A stretch of 64,000 nucleotides of DNA from Octopus sinensis (GCF_006345805.1 NC_043000.1:164734001-164798000), one strand, 5' to 3'. Positions 23,475-37,199 are shown, numbered from the stretch's first letter. Program-made: numbers and translations. The notes: generated by a model from the sequence alone, not told the origin.

Positions 23475-26397
23475 AGAAATAGAGTAGAGTGTGAGCTAGT
23501 TAAGAAGCTAGAAGAGGCAATTAGAAGCGGCATCGCATCCGACGTTTTGGCGGCGAGGTTGGCCCTCGACCAACACTTCAACGCCAAACACGAAAGGTGT
23601 GCTGTCAGAGCTAGGATGCGTGCTCTAAGGAACGAAGGTGTTGGAGCCGCGAGAGAGGCCCGGGTGGCAGAGGCGCAACAGAGCAACAAATCCACCCTTC
23701 GGTCTCTGGTAGATGAACAGGGGCACGAATTGATCGAGCCAAGTAAAATGTGTGAGGCCTTTCAACAGCATTTTGCCCGATTGTTCGGGACGAGTGGCGG
23801 GCAAGAACGTAGGGTGGACTTCAGTGCCTACCTACACAGCCTACCACGACTCTCGACAAGAGATGCAGAGTGCTGCGAAGGTGCCATCACGGCGGCGGAA
23901 GTGCAGGACGCGATGGCAGAATGCTCGAGGGACAAATCACCGGGTTTGGATGGTCTACCCTACGAGCTTTACAGTTGTATGCCAGACTTGTTTGGAGACG
24001 TCTTGGCAGCGGTGTACTGCAGCTGGCAGCAAAACGGGAGCATTCCTGGTTTTGTGAGCCGAGGAGCCGTAACGCTGCTGAAGAAAGATCTAAACAAGGG
24101 GAACATTATAGATAACTTTAGGCCTATCACTCTGCTTAATGCAGACTTGAAAATTTTGGCCAAGGTGCCAGCCAAGAGGTTGGCGCTTGTCATCGAGAAA
24201 CTGGTCGACTAGGCGCAAACGTGCGCCGTGCCGGGCCGGACCATCCATGACAACCTCCACCTGATGCGCTACATCATATACAGGGTAGTTAAGGAACCTG
24301 GCATGGGTGGGGCGCTGACCAATTTGGATCAATCGAAAGCTTTCAATAGGGTAGACCATCGATACTTGGGGCGGTCCTCAGAGCGGCTGGCTTCGGTCCC
24401 GTCTTCCGCGGCTGGATAGCCGCTTTGTACAGAGGCATCCGTTCGGTAATTCGCGTAAATGGACATCTATCGAGACCTTTCGCTTCTATAAATATTGACT
24501 CTCGAGCCACTACTGCGGAAGCTGGCAACTCTGAGGGGCATCCCGCGAGAACTGGGATGCGGGACGAGCGTGTCTGTATACGCGGACGACGTCACAGTCA
24601 TAGTGTCTAGCCACGAGGACATCGAGCAGGTCGGTGAGACACTGAAAAACTACGAAGCGGTGACAGGAGCAAAAATCAACCGGGAAAAGTTAGTGACCTT
24701 GCGACTAGGCACCTGGAGAAGCAAGCCCATCTCGTCCACCAGCGCCTCCGTCGTGGGACGCTGGACCGACGGTCCGGTCGAGTTGCTCGGGGTCTGGTTC
24801 GGTCCGGACCTCCAAATGGAGAAGAACTGAAACGAGATAACGAGTAGGGTGGTCACTCTTGCTCGGCAATGGGCCGAGAGGAAACTGTCCCTAAAAGGTC
24901 GGGCGGAGGTGGCGAACACGTACATCGAGTCCGTCATCTACTACCGCCTGACCGTCGTGCCTTGTCCCGACCCTACCATCACCAAACTAGAACGCATTCT
25001 CTTTCGCTTATTGTGGAAAGGATGCGTCCCGATGGTCAGGCGATCCATTTGCTGTCAACACCCGTTAAAAGAAGGACTGGGCATGCCGTGGTTGATGATG
25101 CGCAGACACACGCTGAGATTGCGACATCTCAGGCTCTTCGTAGACGACGGTGAACAGGTGTGGTCGCCGTTTGTGAGGCACGCTTTCCCGCAGCTCGTCT
25201 CCATGACCGAACTGCAATCGTGGATCAAAAAGAGGCCGAGGAAGGGCGAATGGCACCGTGAGTGTCGCGTTGCTCTCAAGCAACTCTGCCGTCCTGGGTC
25301 AACCTTGAGTGACTCCATCACAACCAAAACATTCTATAGGGGATTAGTGGAGGGGAGGTACGACGACGAGCTCAGGGCGAACCTGGACGTCGACGAGGAA
25401 TACCTGACCCGTCTGTTTGGGACGACTTTCGGGCCAGGGCCCATGGACAACTTCCAGAGATCCCTGGCCTGGCAGTGCTACCGAGAAGCGCTACCCGTTC
25501 GGGATAAGCTCTACAGACACGGCTCGAGAAACACGGAGCCGACCTGCCCGAGATGCGGTCAGAGCGACGAAACCGTTCTGCACGCACTCGTGCAGTGTCC
25601 AACAATTTCCGACCTGTGGGCTTATGTCGAACAACTGCTGTCACGTGTGGGACGAGTCGGTCTATCAGCTGAGTCTATCGTCAATATTGTCACGCCTCCT
25701 TCCTTCAAACGGGAAGGAAGAGCTATTTTCATAATCCTTGTGGCTATGGCGAAAGAATGTATCTGGTGGACGCGTCTGAAAGGATTGGAGACAAACACTT
25801 TCCTCTCTGGTCAACCTCTCATCAACTTCTTCAAGTACCACTTGAAAAGGAAAGTGAGAGTAGAGAGGCAAGTTTTGTCTAGCGAATGTTTTAAAAAAAG
25901 ATGGGTGAATGTAGCAAGGATGACACGTATGAATGACGAAGCCACCTTGAGCATAATCCTATGAACCCAGAAATTGAAAGGAGAGGGTTACCCACTTGCA
26001 AACAAATGTGGTAACATATAACAATATTGACCAAGGTTACCGTGGTCTTTTTCGTAGGCTTTTCTTCCCACGGATAAACCTTACTTGCTTTCCCCTTTAC
26101 ACCATACATCATGACACATGATACACGATCCCCATTGATCGTTTTTTTTTCCTCTTCCCATTTTTTCCCTCTTTTTTCTTCTTTTTTCATTTTTCTTTTC
26201 TTTTGTTCCTCTTCCTTTTTTCTTTTCTTTTTTTTGTTCTTTTTTCCCTTTTACGATCCCTTTTGATCGAAAACCTACGCCACCTTTTTTTGTTTCTTTT
26301 GTTTTTTGTTTTTTATTTTTTTTCATCCCCCAAAAGAAAAGCTCTACCTTGTAACTTGTCCGATCTGTGTGCAGCCCTGTGTGGCCAATAAAGAAAC

Positions 26398-26398
<1 letters not shown>
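23475..26398 (+). mobile_element. Tx1/L1-like LINE copy 1, 5'-truncated ORF2 and 3' UTR
   Basis: KSPGLDGLPYE, NFRPITLLNADLKILAK, DQSKAF, YADD, C-terminal CPRC...ETVLHALVQC; AATAAA near the 3' end; both ends in (TATC)n. Confidence 0.9.
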
Positions 26399-26452
<54 letters not shown>

Positions 26453-26513
26453 CCAACCTACCTACCCACCTACCTACCTACCTACCTACCTACCTACCTA
26501 CCTACCTACCTAC

Positions 26514-26558
<45 letters not shown>
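26399..26558. repeat. Compound (TATC)n(TACC)n(TATC)n microsatellite
   Basis: Directly visible. Confidence 0.95.
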
Positions 26559-26560
<2 letters not shown>

Positions 26561-28364
26561 AGTTGTGTGAATGCGCGTGGCTTGGAAAGAAGGGTACCTC
26601 TTAAACGACATAAAGTCACATGAACTAGAAATCATAGCCATAAGTGAGACCAGACTCCTTAATCCACAGGACCTAAATTCCATGTTTGGCGGACAGTTTA
26701 ACATTTATTTTTCTCCCTGTCTGCCGAGAATGGGCGGTTGTGACACGGCGGTACTAGAGTCTGGATCTAGAAGTAAAGACAATATTCGTAGACCCGGGGT
26801 GGTGGTGGTAGGGTAGACTGGTTGTCCTGGATGTCGACGGCTGCAATGGGTACACTTTTCGACTCGTATCTGTCTACGCACCGCCTTTAACAGGTCGGCC
26901 GAATTTCTTTCGACGTCTAGAAGTATTCCTAGGAACGTCTCGTCCTTTACTTTTAGTGGGGGATTGGAATGCTACCTTGGACACGCATCTAGACTACGTG
27001 GGCAGAGATAGGAATAGACGGGCATGCAAATGCCTCAGAGACCTGCTTAGACGCTTTCAACTGTCTGACAGGTACCGACTCAACCACCCGAATGCGCCAA
27101 CGTGGACATGGAGCAACCGCATCGGGTCGTCGAGATCGTATCTAGATAGGATACTGTGTAGGATAGTAGATATAGATAGCGTAGGGTGTCCACAATTCCA
27201 CACGGATCACAAACTTGTGACGTGTACGCTAGACTTAAATACGACACATAGGCAGGGTCCCGGTTACTGGAAACTAAACGCGTCTTTCTCGTCGAGACAG
27301 GTTTTCAGAGACCGGATTAGCACGCTAGTAAAGAGGGCTTTGGCGGGAGCCATCATCAACAACAAATGGTGGTTTGCTCTCAAGAGAGGAATAAAAGCAG
27401 AAGTGATTAGGTATAGCAAAGCACTAGCCATAGATAGAAACAGAGTAGAGAGTGACCTAGTTAAGAAGCTAGAAGAGGCGATTAGAAGTGGCATCGCATC
27501 CGACATTTTGGCGGCGAGGTTGGCCCTCGACCAACACTTCAACACCAAGCACGAAGGGTGTGTTGTCAGGGCTAGGATGCATGCTCTAAGGAACGGAGGT
27601 GTTTCGCGAGAGAGGCCCGGATGGCGGAGGCGCAACGGAAAGCCCCTATTCGGTCTCTGGTAGATGAACAAGGGCGCGAATTACTCGAGCCAAGTAAAAT
27701 GCGTGAGGCCATTCAACAGCATGTTGCCCGACTGTTCGCGTCGAGTGGTGAGCGAGAACGGAGGGTGAACTTCAGTACCTACCTGCACAGCCTGCAACGA
27801 CTCACGACAAGAGAGGTAGAGTGCTGCGAAGGTGCCATCACGGCGGCGGAAGTGCAGGGCACGATAGCAGAATGCTCGAGGGACAAATCACCGGGTTTGG
27901 ATGGTCTACTCTACGAGCTTTACAGTTGTATGCCATACTTGTTTGGAGACGTCTTGGCAGCAGTGTACTGCAACTGACAGCAAAACGGGAGCATCCCCGT
28001 TTTGTGAGCCGAAGAGCCGAAGAGCCGAAGGCCCATCACTCTACTCAATGCAAACTCGAACATTTTGGCCAAGGTGTTAGCAAAGAGGGTGGCGCTTGTC
28101 ATCGAGAAACTGGTAAACAAGGCGCAAACGTGCGCCGTGCCGGGCCAGAGCATCCATGACAACCTCCATCTGATGCGCTACATCATAGACAGTGTAGTTA
28201 AGGAACCTGGCATGGGTGGGGCACTGATCAATTTGGATCAGTCTAAAGCTTTCGATAGGGTAGACCATCGATACTTGGAGGCTGTCCTCATAGCGGCTGG
28301 TTTTGATTCCGTCTTCCGCGGCTGGATAGCCGCCTTGTACAGAGGCATCCATTTAGTAATTCGC
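26559..28364 (+). mobile_element. Tx1/L1-like LINE copy 2: APE endonuclease and start of RT, 3'-truncated
   Basis: CVNARGL, IIAISET, GDWNATLD, SYLDRI, TDHKLV, GYWKLN; overlaps copy 1 in sequence. Confidence 0.85.
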
Positions 28365-28809
28365 GCGCGTGTGTGTGTCAGTATGCATGTGTGTCAGTGT
28401 GTATGTGCGTCAGTGTGTGTGTGCCAGTGTGTATGTGTGTCAGTGTGTGTGTGTGTCAGCGTCTGTGTGTGTGAATGTTGTCAGTGTGTGTGCGTGCGTG
28501 TGTGTGCGTGCGTGTGTGTGCGTGCGTGTGTGTGTGTGTGTGGTGTGTGTGTGTGTCAGTGTGAGTATGTATACATGTGTGTAGAGAATTTCATTTGGGC
28601 AACAGAATCGAAAGACCCTTAGAAAGCATTAGCAGCGAGCTAAGAAAACCCTTTACGTCAAAGCATGAAAAGTAAAACTTCGTTTATCGACAAATCATAA
28701 ATTACCTCAAATAATGCAGAAATCTGTCCTGATCAAGAGGCCTATCCGTCGGAAAGGACATGGTCTGACAAGAAATTTAAAAAAATGAAATAAGGGCTCT
28801 TCGGCTTTA

Positions 28810-29575
28810 GATAGATAGATAGATAGAACATACATACATACATACATACATACATACACACACATACATACATACATGCATGCATGCATACATACATACA
28901 TACATACATACATACATACATACACACATACATACATACATACATACATACATACATGCATGCATGCATACATACATACATACATACATACATACATGCA
29001 TGCATACATACATACATACATACATACATGCATGCATACACACATACATACATACATACATACATACATACATACATACATACATGCATGCATACACACA
29101 TACATACATACATACATACATACATACATACATACATACATGCATGCACGCATACATACATGCACGCATACATACATACATACATACATACATACATACA
29201 TACATACATACATACATACATACACACATACATACATACATACATACATACATACATGCATGCACGCATACATACATACATACATACATACATACATACA
29301 TACATACATACATACATACATACATACATGCATGCATGCATACATACATACATACATACATACATACACACATACATACATACACACACACCTACACATA
29401 TACATACATACATACATACATACATGCACGCATGCATACATACATACATACATACATACATACATACATACATACATACATACATGCACGCATGCATACA
29501 TACATACATACATATATACATACATACATACATACATACATAATACATACATACATACATACATACATACATACA

Positions 29576-29606
<31 letters not shown>
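28810..29606. repeat. ~0.8 kb (TACA)n microsatellite with TGCA/CACA interruptions, preceded by (GATA)n
   Basis: Directly visible; source of the YVCM/HTYI ORFs. Confidence 0.95.
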
Positions 29607-29608
<2 letters not shown>

Positions 29609-30297
29609 GTTGTAGCCTTTCGACTAGGTATGAAAAACAACACCCACCAGTAATAGTGCGAAGAAAGAACGAAAATGTTGTCTCGAACAAGAAAAAGTAA
29701 AGTGCGTCTTCAATAGAAATGGTTGAATGGGATTGGAGAATTTGGCGATTGGCTCGCTGTAGTGGTGTTAGAGGGTAGAGGAACTGAAAAAGAGGGAAAA
29801 TTAGAAGTGTAAGTGTGAAACAGCTGATAATAAACGTAATTGGGACAGAAAGAAAGTTCGAGAGACGGAAAAATTATAAGTGGCAGTAAGAAGAAAAGAG
29901 AAAGACAAGGGGGAAGAGAAAGGGGAGATTAAGGAAAACTTAAAGTGGGATGGTCATAGCGAGATGGGCGGACATCAGCAGATGGACAATAAGTGTGCTA
30001 CTGATCTAAAACTGGAAATTGAAGTAGAAGAGGAAAACGGCCAACGGTAAACGATAGATAATCACGGAAGTCCTCTCATCAGCCGTGGAGACCAGAATCA
30101 GCACAGATTCAGCGCGTTTAAAGTCGAAATACTTTAAATTCCATAGTACTGCTCATCTAGTTGCTCCAGTAATACTGAATATCATTGAGGTGATGGGCGC
30201 ACAAGGACTAAATGTGAAAGACGAGACGGAAAACTGCAGACAGACACAAGTAATAAAGAATCGTAAGACACGTACATACACACAAATATATATATAT

Positions 30298-30680
30298 AGG
30301 CGCAGGAGTGGCTGTGTGGTAACTAGCTTGCTTACCAACCACATGGTTCCGGGTCCAGTCCCACTGCGTTGCACCTTGGGCAAGTGTCTTCTACTATAGT
30401 CTCGGACCGACCAAAGCCTTATGAGTGGAAGTGGTAGACGGAAACCGAAAGAAGCCCGTCGTATATATGTATATGTATATATGTGTGTATGTGTGTGTGT
30501 GTCTGTGGTTGTCCCCCCCCCCCAACATCGCTTGACAATCGATGGTGGTGTGTTTACGTCCCCGATAGAATAAGTACTAGGCTTCCAAAGAATAAGTCTT
30601 GGGGTCGATTTGCTCGACTAAAGGTGGTGCTCCAGCATGGCCACAGTTAAATGACTAAAACAAGTAAAAGAGTGGAGTAG
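30298..30680 (+). mobile_element. tRNA-derived SINE
   Basis: Same family as 17977-18520. Confidence 0.8.
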
Positions 30681-30919
30681 ACAACTTATTTGTGTGCGTG
30701 TGCGTATGTAGCTTTGTAACATGGCCAGCTCACGAAGAGAAACTAAGTTTATATTAAAAGAACTCTCATACCCCCCAACCCTTATTTATTCGCTGTATGA
30801 GCGTATGTGCCCCAAGCCACGCGTGTGCGTATGCTTATACCTTCTTGGATGTTTGTACGAGCGAGTGTACGTGCGCTATACAACCTAAGCGAAAAACACA
30901 CACACACGCCGAGAAATAA

Positions 30920-30954
<35 letters not shown>

Positions 30955-31215
30955 TGTGCGCGCCTGCGTGTATGCAGATATAAACTCTCGATCGAATAAC
31001 ACCATTTACAAGACTATGCTTGGAATTACCAATTATAAACACCATTGGAACTCACACACAAGGTACAGGAAATTTATATGTACACCATTCTGCTTAAATA
31101 ATGGAACTGCAGATACAATATCCTTACGTATCTCATGTCTGTTTTCATTCCTCCACTTCACTCTGTATTTCATATTTTCTCTATAATAACTATTGCTTAA
31201 CCATTTTCTCGCACC

Positions 31216-31263
31216 GTTTCTGATGAAGGGATATATACAATATTCCGGAAACAGCTGTAAGAC
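31216..31263 (+). ncRNA. Minimal hammerhead ribozyme motif in an isolated PLE-type 3' segment (~30965-31330)
   Basis: GTTT-CTGATGA-A-GGGATAT ataca ATATTCC-G-GAAA-CAGCTGT-A-AGAC; palindromic stem III ACAGCTGT. Confidence 0.65.
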
Positions 31264-31559
31264 CTCTTTATAAATGCTCTGAAAACTCTCACCGCCTTGG
31301 ATTTCTTTTTATCTCATTCTGTTAATTTTTATAGATATAAATATATATACGCGCGCGCATACACACACATGTAGAAAAATACTATAGAAAAATACTATCC
31401 TAAAGTCATATCACGTAGCAAAAATAGCAATAGTAAACTAATTCTCAACATGCAATATCAAATGACTATTTTGTTGTACAGAAGAGATCTGAAATGCTAT
31501 GAAATTATACTGACCTGAATGTTGAGTTATAAAAATTATGGCACTTAAGGTTTGTATCT

Positions 31560-32290
31560 ATCATACTACTTGTAACTGATGCGGCCGGAGTGATACACAA
31601 CCATTTGTCTTAAGTTTGCCAACAAGGATAGCCATAGACACGTTCCAGAAACAGAAGTACGACCCGGTAGCATTGCTAGGCCAAGGATATCTGGAAATTA
31701 TCCATGATAGTTCCCGACCGGAAAGTCCTCCGGAACAGACTAGCCAGTTCGTTCTCATCGGCACTTTCTCCTTCTCCGGCTCCTTTTCAATTTCTTCCTG
31801 ATTTATCTGCTTCTCTAGAGGGCAGTGTGCTCTAATGTGGCCTTTTTTACCACATTCACAACAACGAGGGGTTCTGCCCTCCACCCACTCTCTCAACACT
31901 ACATCTCCAATTGGTACTGTTTCTACCAAATTTTCCAATGTTTCGACTGTAGCCTGTATAATCAGATCCATTGTTTGGCCTTTCCAAATCGAGTTTTCTG
32001 GGGGTTTTTTTTGGCTTGGAGGGCCGCTCTTTCTTCCTTACTTCCCAAAAGAACAGCCGCCGCGACCCAAGCACGTCTATTTCCGGTGGGATTCCTTCCA
32101 CCCTAATCCTGGGAGTCCTTCTTCCCAAATAAGAGTGTAGAAGGACCACTTTATCTGATGTTACTGTGATTATGGCGTGTTCCTTTGTTTTGTCTTCCGT
32201 CTTGAAATGGACTATGATAGTTCCGAATTTATTTCCTCGGGACAGATATGTTATGTCTTGCTAGACTGAGCACAATGTCTTTTCTATAAT
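31560..32290 (-). pseudogene. L1/Tx1-type ORF1 fragment
   Basis: RIRVEGIPPEI and CCECGKKGHIRAHC zinc knuckle. Confidence 0.7.
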
Positions 32291-32334
32291 TATTTCTTTA
32301 TTTCCCACAGGGGGTTAAACATTAGAGGGGATAA

Positions 32335-32515
32335 AGAAGGGGATTAAGTCGATCATATCGACCCCAGTGATTTACTGGTACTTATTTAATCGACCCCGAA
32401 AGGATGAAACGCAAAGTCGACCTCGGCGGAATTTGAACTCAGAACGTAACGGCAGACGAAATACGGCTAAGCATTTCGCCCGGTGTGCTAACGTTTCTAC
32501 CAGCTCGCCGCCTTT
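32335..32515 (-). mobile_element. tRNA-derived SINE, second family
   Basis: Minus strand ggcgagctggtagaaacgttagc...gttctgagttcaaattccgccgaggtcgac. Confidence 0.75.
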
Positions 32516-33497
32516 GCCTTTTCTATAATTTCAGCTTCTACATGTTCTATTTTCTTTTCCTTTACTGAATACACCTTGTATACTACAGTTTTCTTGTCTA
32601 TTTCTTCTATTATCTTCTGGGGTGGTGACAGCTTAACGTACCACCTACTCTATATGCCATCTTTTCATATTTTTCAATATTTGATAGGTCTACTACCTTT
32701 TTTTTTTTTTTACTTCTGTCATTTCTGCAAGGCTTTTCTTCTTTATGCATTTGTCCATCCTGTCGACTGCTAGTACTAGCTCCTCCTCCGAAGAGGACAA
32801 TTCGGAACCGCTCAGGTCCGAATAAAACATACTTTTTACCATTGCCATGGCTATTTCTCCTTAAATACAGAGAGAAAGCACAACCAGAAAACCGTTGCAA
32901 AGCAGCACAAAACAACAGTAATTTTAAACAATAATCGAACTTTAGCTCACCAAATGTTCGAAGAAATTCCTTTCTTTATTGCCCACAAGGGGCCAACGAA
33001 GAGGGCACAATACAGAACATGTGGGGACATATAACATATCAAGATGAATGATATGGGTTTGTACAAATGAAGATGAGACTACCACCCCGGCCCCACCCCG
33101 GCCCCACCCCGGTCCCACCCCGGCCCCACCCCGGGATGGTTGCGTTTTTACAATTCATTCAAAATGTTTCTATAATTTTTCTTTTTTTTTTCTTTTAAAA
33201 CGTTCATTGTTCATTCAGTTTTCTGTTTTTCTTAAAAGTTAATTCTCAATAATTTTTTCTACTACTCACTTGATGTCTTTCTTTATCTCGTCATATTCTA
33301 CCACTGGGGTGTGGGGTTCATTTCTCACCTCCGGCCCCAGTGGATTCACATCTGATGGAAATGCTTCTTTTAGTGTTTTATATCTTTCTTCATTTATCAA
33401 AACACACCTCATGTCTTTATCATAACCTTCTGGTAATTTTACTTTTGTAATACCTTTCATTTTTGTAATTTTTCTTACGGTTTTTTGATTTGTGTAA

Positions 33498-34565
33498 TCT
33501 CTCTATATATAAAACTGAGAATGTGTGTGGTGTGTGTGTGTGTGTCTGTCTGTCTGTCTGTCTGTCTGTGTGTTTCCCTAAAACTTGAGAACTACACAAC
33601 CAATTTCATTCAAATTTTACACCTGCCTTACTTAGGGTCCGGGGAGTGTCATCGACAAAATTTTTTAAAACTTTTTGCCTAGGGCGAGCCCACAGCAATA
33701 TCATATCTTCTCCACTATTTCAGTATTACGTGTTAAAAGTGAAACAAAACATTTCTTTATTTTATGTCAGATGCTTTCACTTTAACAATAAAAATAATAA
33801 TAACAATTGAATTATATGTAGTAAGTAATAATTAAAATCCAACTAAAGTATAATATAATCGTAAGATAACAAAAGTAAAAATAGCAATTGGTATAAAATT
33901 GCATCAATGACTTGAACTTGAATAAGTGGTTTCACATGAATGGGAATAAATTAAACATAAAATTAGCGTGCAGAAATGGAATAGTCCAGATGGATAATAA
34001 AAAATTAAATTAAAGAAAAGACTATTGTCTATAAAGTATACAATGTAGAGAAAAAAGAAGATTTGAACACCTGGAGGAAAGCACCTTCGAAAAGTGTCTT
34101 GGTGCGACTATGAAAGATATCTAATCAGAGGCGGTAAATTCGCCACAATAGAAGCAAGGTTCGAGTCAACGGAGCGTGCAAGGGAGTACTCGACTCGAAC
34201 TTGCAAAGTGGAAATATTTTATTTTTACCTTTATATCTGGGACGTAGGACGTCCCAGATAAAAATTAAAAATGCCTCCCCCCAGGTTAGAGGTAGGCTGG
34301 ATTATAGCCACACTTCTATACAAGAGGGAAGACACGATACAATTGATCGAAATTAGAAGAGACGGGCTAACAATTCCAGTCTGTTATATATTTTGAGTAT
34401 TGTTATCACTAGCGATATCAAGATATAACTTTGTATTTTGTATTTTATGTGTAGATGTATATATATATATATATATATAGATGTACATGTAATATGTACA
34501 CATATATATACACATATATACATGCACTAGCACTATGACCCGGCAACGACGGGTCATAATGCTAG
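33498..34565 (+). mobile_element. Non-autonomous Helitron
   Basis: Starts A|TC tctctatatataaaa followed by (GTCT)n; ends with hairpin tatgacccg gcaacga cgggtcata then CTAG|T; inserted between A and T. Confidence 0.8.
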
Positions 34566-34759
34566 TATGTTACTAAATATATCCTGTTTCTATATGTGTT
34601 CTCACCCTGTTGTGTATTTTGTGTGTCTGTGTGTTTTCGTGCCTATGTGTCTGTGTTTTTGTGTGTCTGTGTGTCTGCGTTTTTGTGTGTTGTACGCTTG
34701 CATGTTTGCTTGGTGATTCCGTTCTGCTCGTGAAGTTTTTTCTTCTTTTTTTTTAGGTG

Positions 34760-35770
34760 AAGCTATGGGCGTGTTGCTTCTGATTGTTGTTGTTGCTTGT
34801 TTTAATGGATATGTTTCTCCCTCTGTTTTATGCTTCTTCTGCTATAGTTCTTCCTTGGCTGCTGTATTCCTCCTCTCTCTCTTTCTTGTTCTTATATCTG
34901 TAAACTTTGTGTCCTGTTCTTTGTCTCGGATCTTTTGCTCTAATCCCATTGCGCATTCTTGTGCTTCTATCTCTGGACCTCCCTCACTTGTTGGGGACAC
35001 CTTTTTTGTATGTTACCACTCTCCCCACAAGAATAGCAGGTAGGGAACCTTCCATCCAATATTATTTCCAATTTTACCCCATTTGGTAGTTCTATTGTCT
35101 CCGGTATTCCAGCATATTCTGCTTGGTTGACTTGAAAAAACATCTCCAGCCCGTAATCTATCAATTTATTTGTTGGGTCCGGGTTATATGGAGGATGCTA
35201 ATGCTCTCATCTCCTTCTTTATCTCCCACGTCAAAGATCGCCACTATCAGCCACTCGGGTTCTATTTCAGGCGGAATCCTGCCTACCCTAACTCTGGCAA
35301 CGCGCTTGCCCAGGTATGTAGGCATACTCGTCCGAATGTAACGGCACAGCGGAGTAATCGCTTGCATCCTTTTTGGAGGCGAAAGTAACCACCACCGTAC
35401 CGTACATTCTACCTCATGTGTAAAAGGTAATAACGTCTTTAATCTCCTCTAGGCACTTTTCTACCTCTTCCTGTGTTGCCATATCTATTTTTCTCTTGTT
35501 CTCGAGAACTTTCTGTATATAATCTCTTTATTTTCCATTTCCTTCAATTCTTCTTCTGGTGGGGTCAACTTTATGTTATACCCCTCTCTCTGTATCTTTT
35601 CCTGGCATATTTGTACGAGCTCGTCTTTGAAATCTACTTCATATTGCTTCAGCAAACTTGGTTCCACAGTTTTCTGTCTTCCCGTTGCTGAAGCGTAACT
35701 CTTCGACTCCATTTGAGATACCTTTCCACGTAAAAACCAATTACAGACACAAGTCAACCACTACAGGGGG
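34760..35770 (-). pseudogene. L1/Tx1-type ORF1, decayed
   Basis: RVRVGRIPPEI, CYSCGESGNIQKRC knuckle; similar to 31560-32290. Confidence 0.7.
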
Positions 35771-36239
35771 CGTCACACTTGTTAAATTATCTTCTTGATA
35801 TTACTAATAAAATCATTACGTATGTTCGAAGAAATTTCCTATAATTTCGATTGCTCAAGTTTCTTGAATTTTTTAAACTCCAATATCCCGCAAATTTAAA
35901 TATTCATTGCATTCACTGCGGAGTATTCCATTCTCATTTGCAAAGGAAAACCGACAATTTATTCTATTAATATATACTTAATTTATCATTTATTATTCTA
36001 TTAATGTATACGTAATTTATTATTTATTGAATGAAATTTTTTTTAAATACCCGTATAATTTTTGAACGTGGGATAGCTGTGAGATGAGCCTAGAAAGTTG
36101 GGTAATTACTATTAGAAGACGAGGAGAGAAAAAGTTAGCGACAAGTACTCGAAACTTGCACCTTATTCCCAGTTTTAATTCTTTATTGCCTACCAGAAGC
36201 TAACAAAACATTAAGATGACAATATAGTAATAAAACTTT

Positions 36240-37195
36240 ATGAAAAACGAATGAATAACACAACAAAGAGGACAACACAACGGAGTGGGAGTCGGGTTCA
36301 GCTTCGACCCCGCAAGCCTCGGTTCGCTACTGAAACTTTGCCTTTACTTTTATGGCTTACTTTTAAGTGGACTCACTCACTCTCATCTTGCGCACCACAT
36401 CCTTCCATCTTTTCTCATATATCTCACGCGACAAGCATCTCCTCACCAGTCTTATTTTACTTTTGAGATGACAAGAAATATAGTTCACCAGAGCGAAACC
36501 GGAGACGAGGGTGCCTGTCGCTACTCCTTTCACCCGTGTCTTCCACACCGCTTCTTTCGCTTTAGCAACCACAGTGAGAAAACAAACCTTTCCTTCTCAG
36601 TTAAAGGAGGAAGGTGGAACAATCTTAACTCGGAGGTTAGTTGTACCTCTAGACATGACAGCAGCTGCTCAACGCAAACCCACATATCCGATATTCCCGG
36701 ACACTGCACAATCGCGTGCAGAACGGTTTCATCGTTCTGATCGCATCTTGGGCACGTGGGCAGGCAAAAAGTACTATGCCTTGCGAGTTTATCGAGAACT
36801 GGTAAAGACCCTCGGTAACATTGCCAAGCCAGAGACCTCTGGAAATTATCCAAAGGCTCCGGCCCGATTGTCCTTCGGAACAGGCCGGCGAGTTGAGTAT
36901 CGTCGAGGCCCAGAGTCTCCCCCAGGACGTCGTTGCACTTGCCCTCTACCAATCATCTATAAAAGAACGAGGTGGAACCTCTGCCGCTGGCACTACCCGT
37001 GTGAGAGAGGAGCAGGAGAGCCTGACGGCACTCGGCTTGCCATGATCCCAACCCTGGTCTACGCTTGATCCACGATTCCAGTTCACCGAAACTAGAAAAC
37101 CTGGGAAGCATCATTTTAACGAACAAAGACCACACCTGTTCACCATCCAGGTAGAGTCACAGATGCCTCAGTCACAGCGCTTGTCTGCGTATCAA
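36240..37195 (-). mobile_element. Tx1/L1-like ORF2 3' fragment, diverged relative of copy 1
   Basis: DNFQRSLAWQCYRGSLPV, CPRCDQNDETVLHAIVQC. Confidence 0.8.
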
Positions 37196-37199
37196 CAAC

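Noticed and set aside
28707-29700. Long ORFs of 194-327 aa (YVCM/HTYI)
   Set aside because: Translations of (TACA)n; the same applies to the many YIYI and IIII ORFs
30085-30108. Minus-strand cacgg-CTGATGA...ccgtg motif
   Set aside because: Lacks GAAA and stem III
33266-33460. Short protein-like ORF (MKGITKVKLPEG...)
   Set aside because: No family recognised and no splice context
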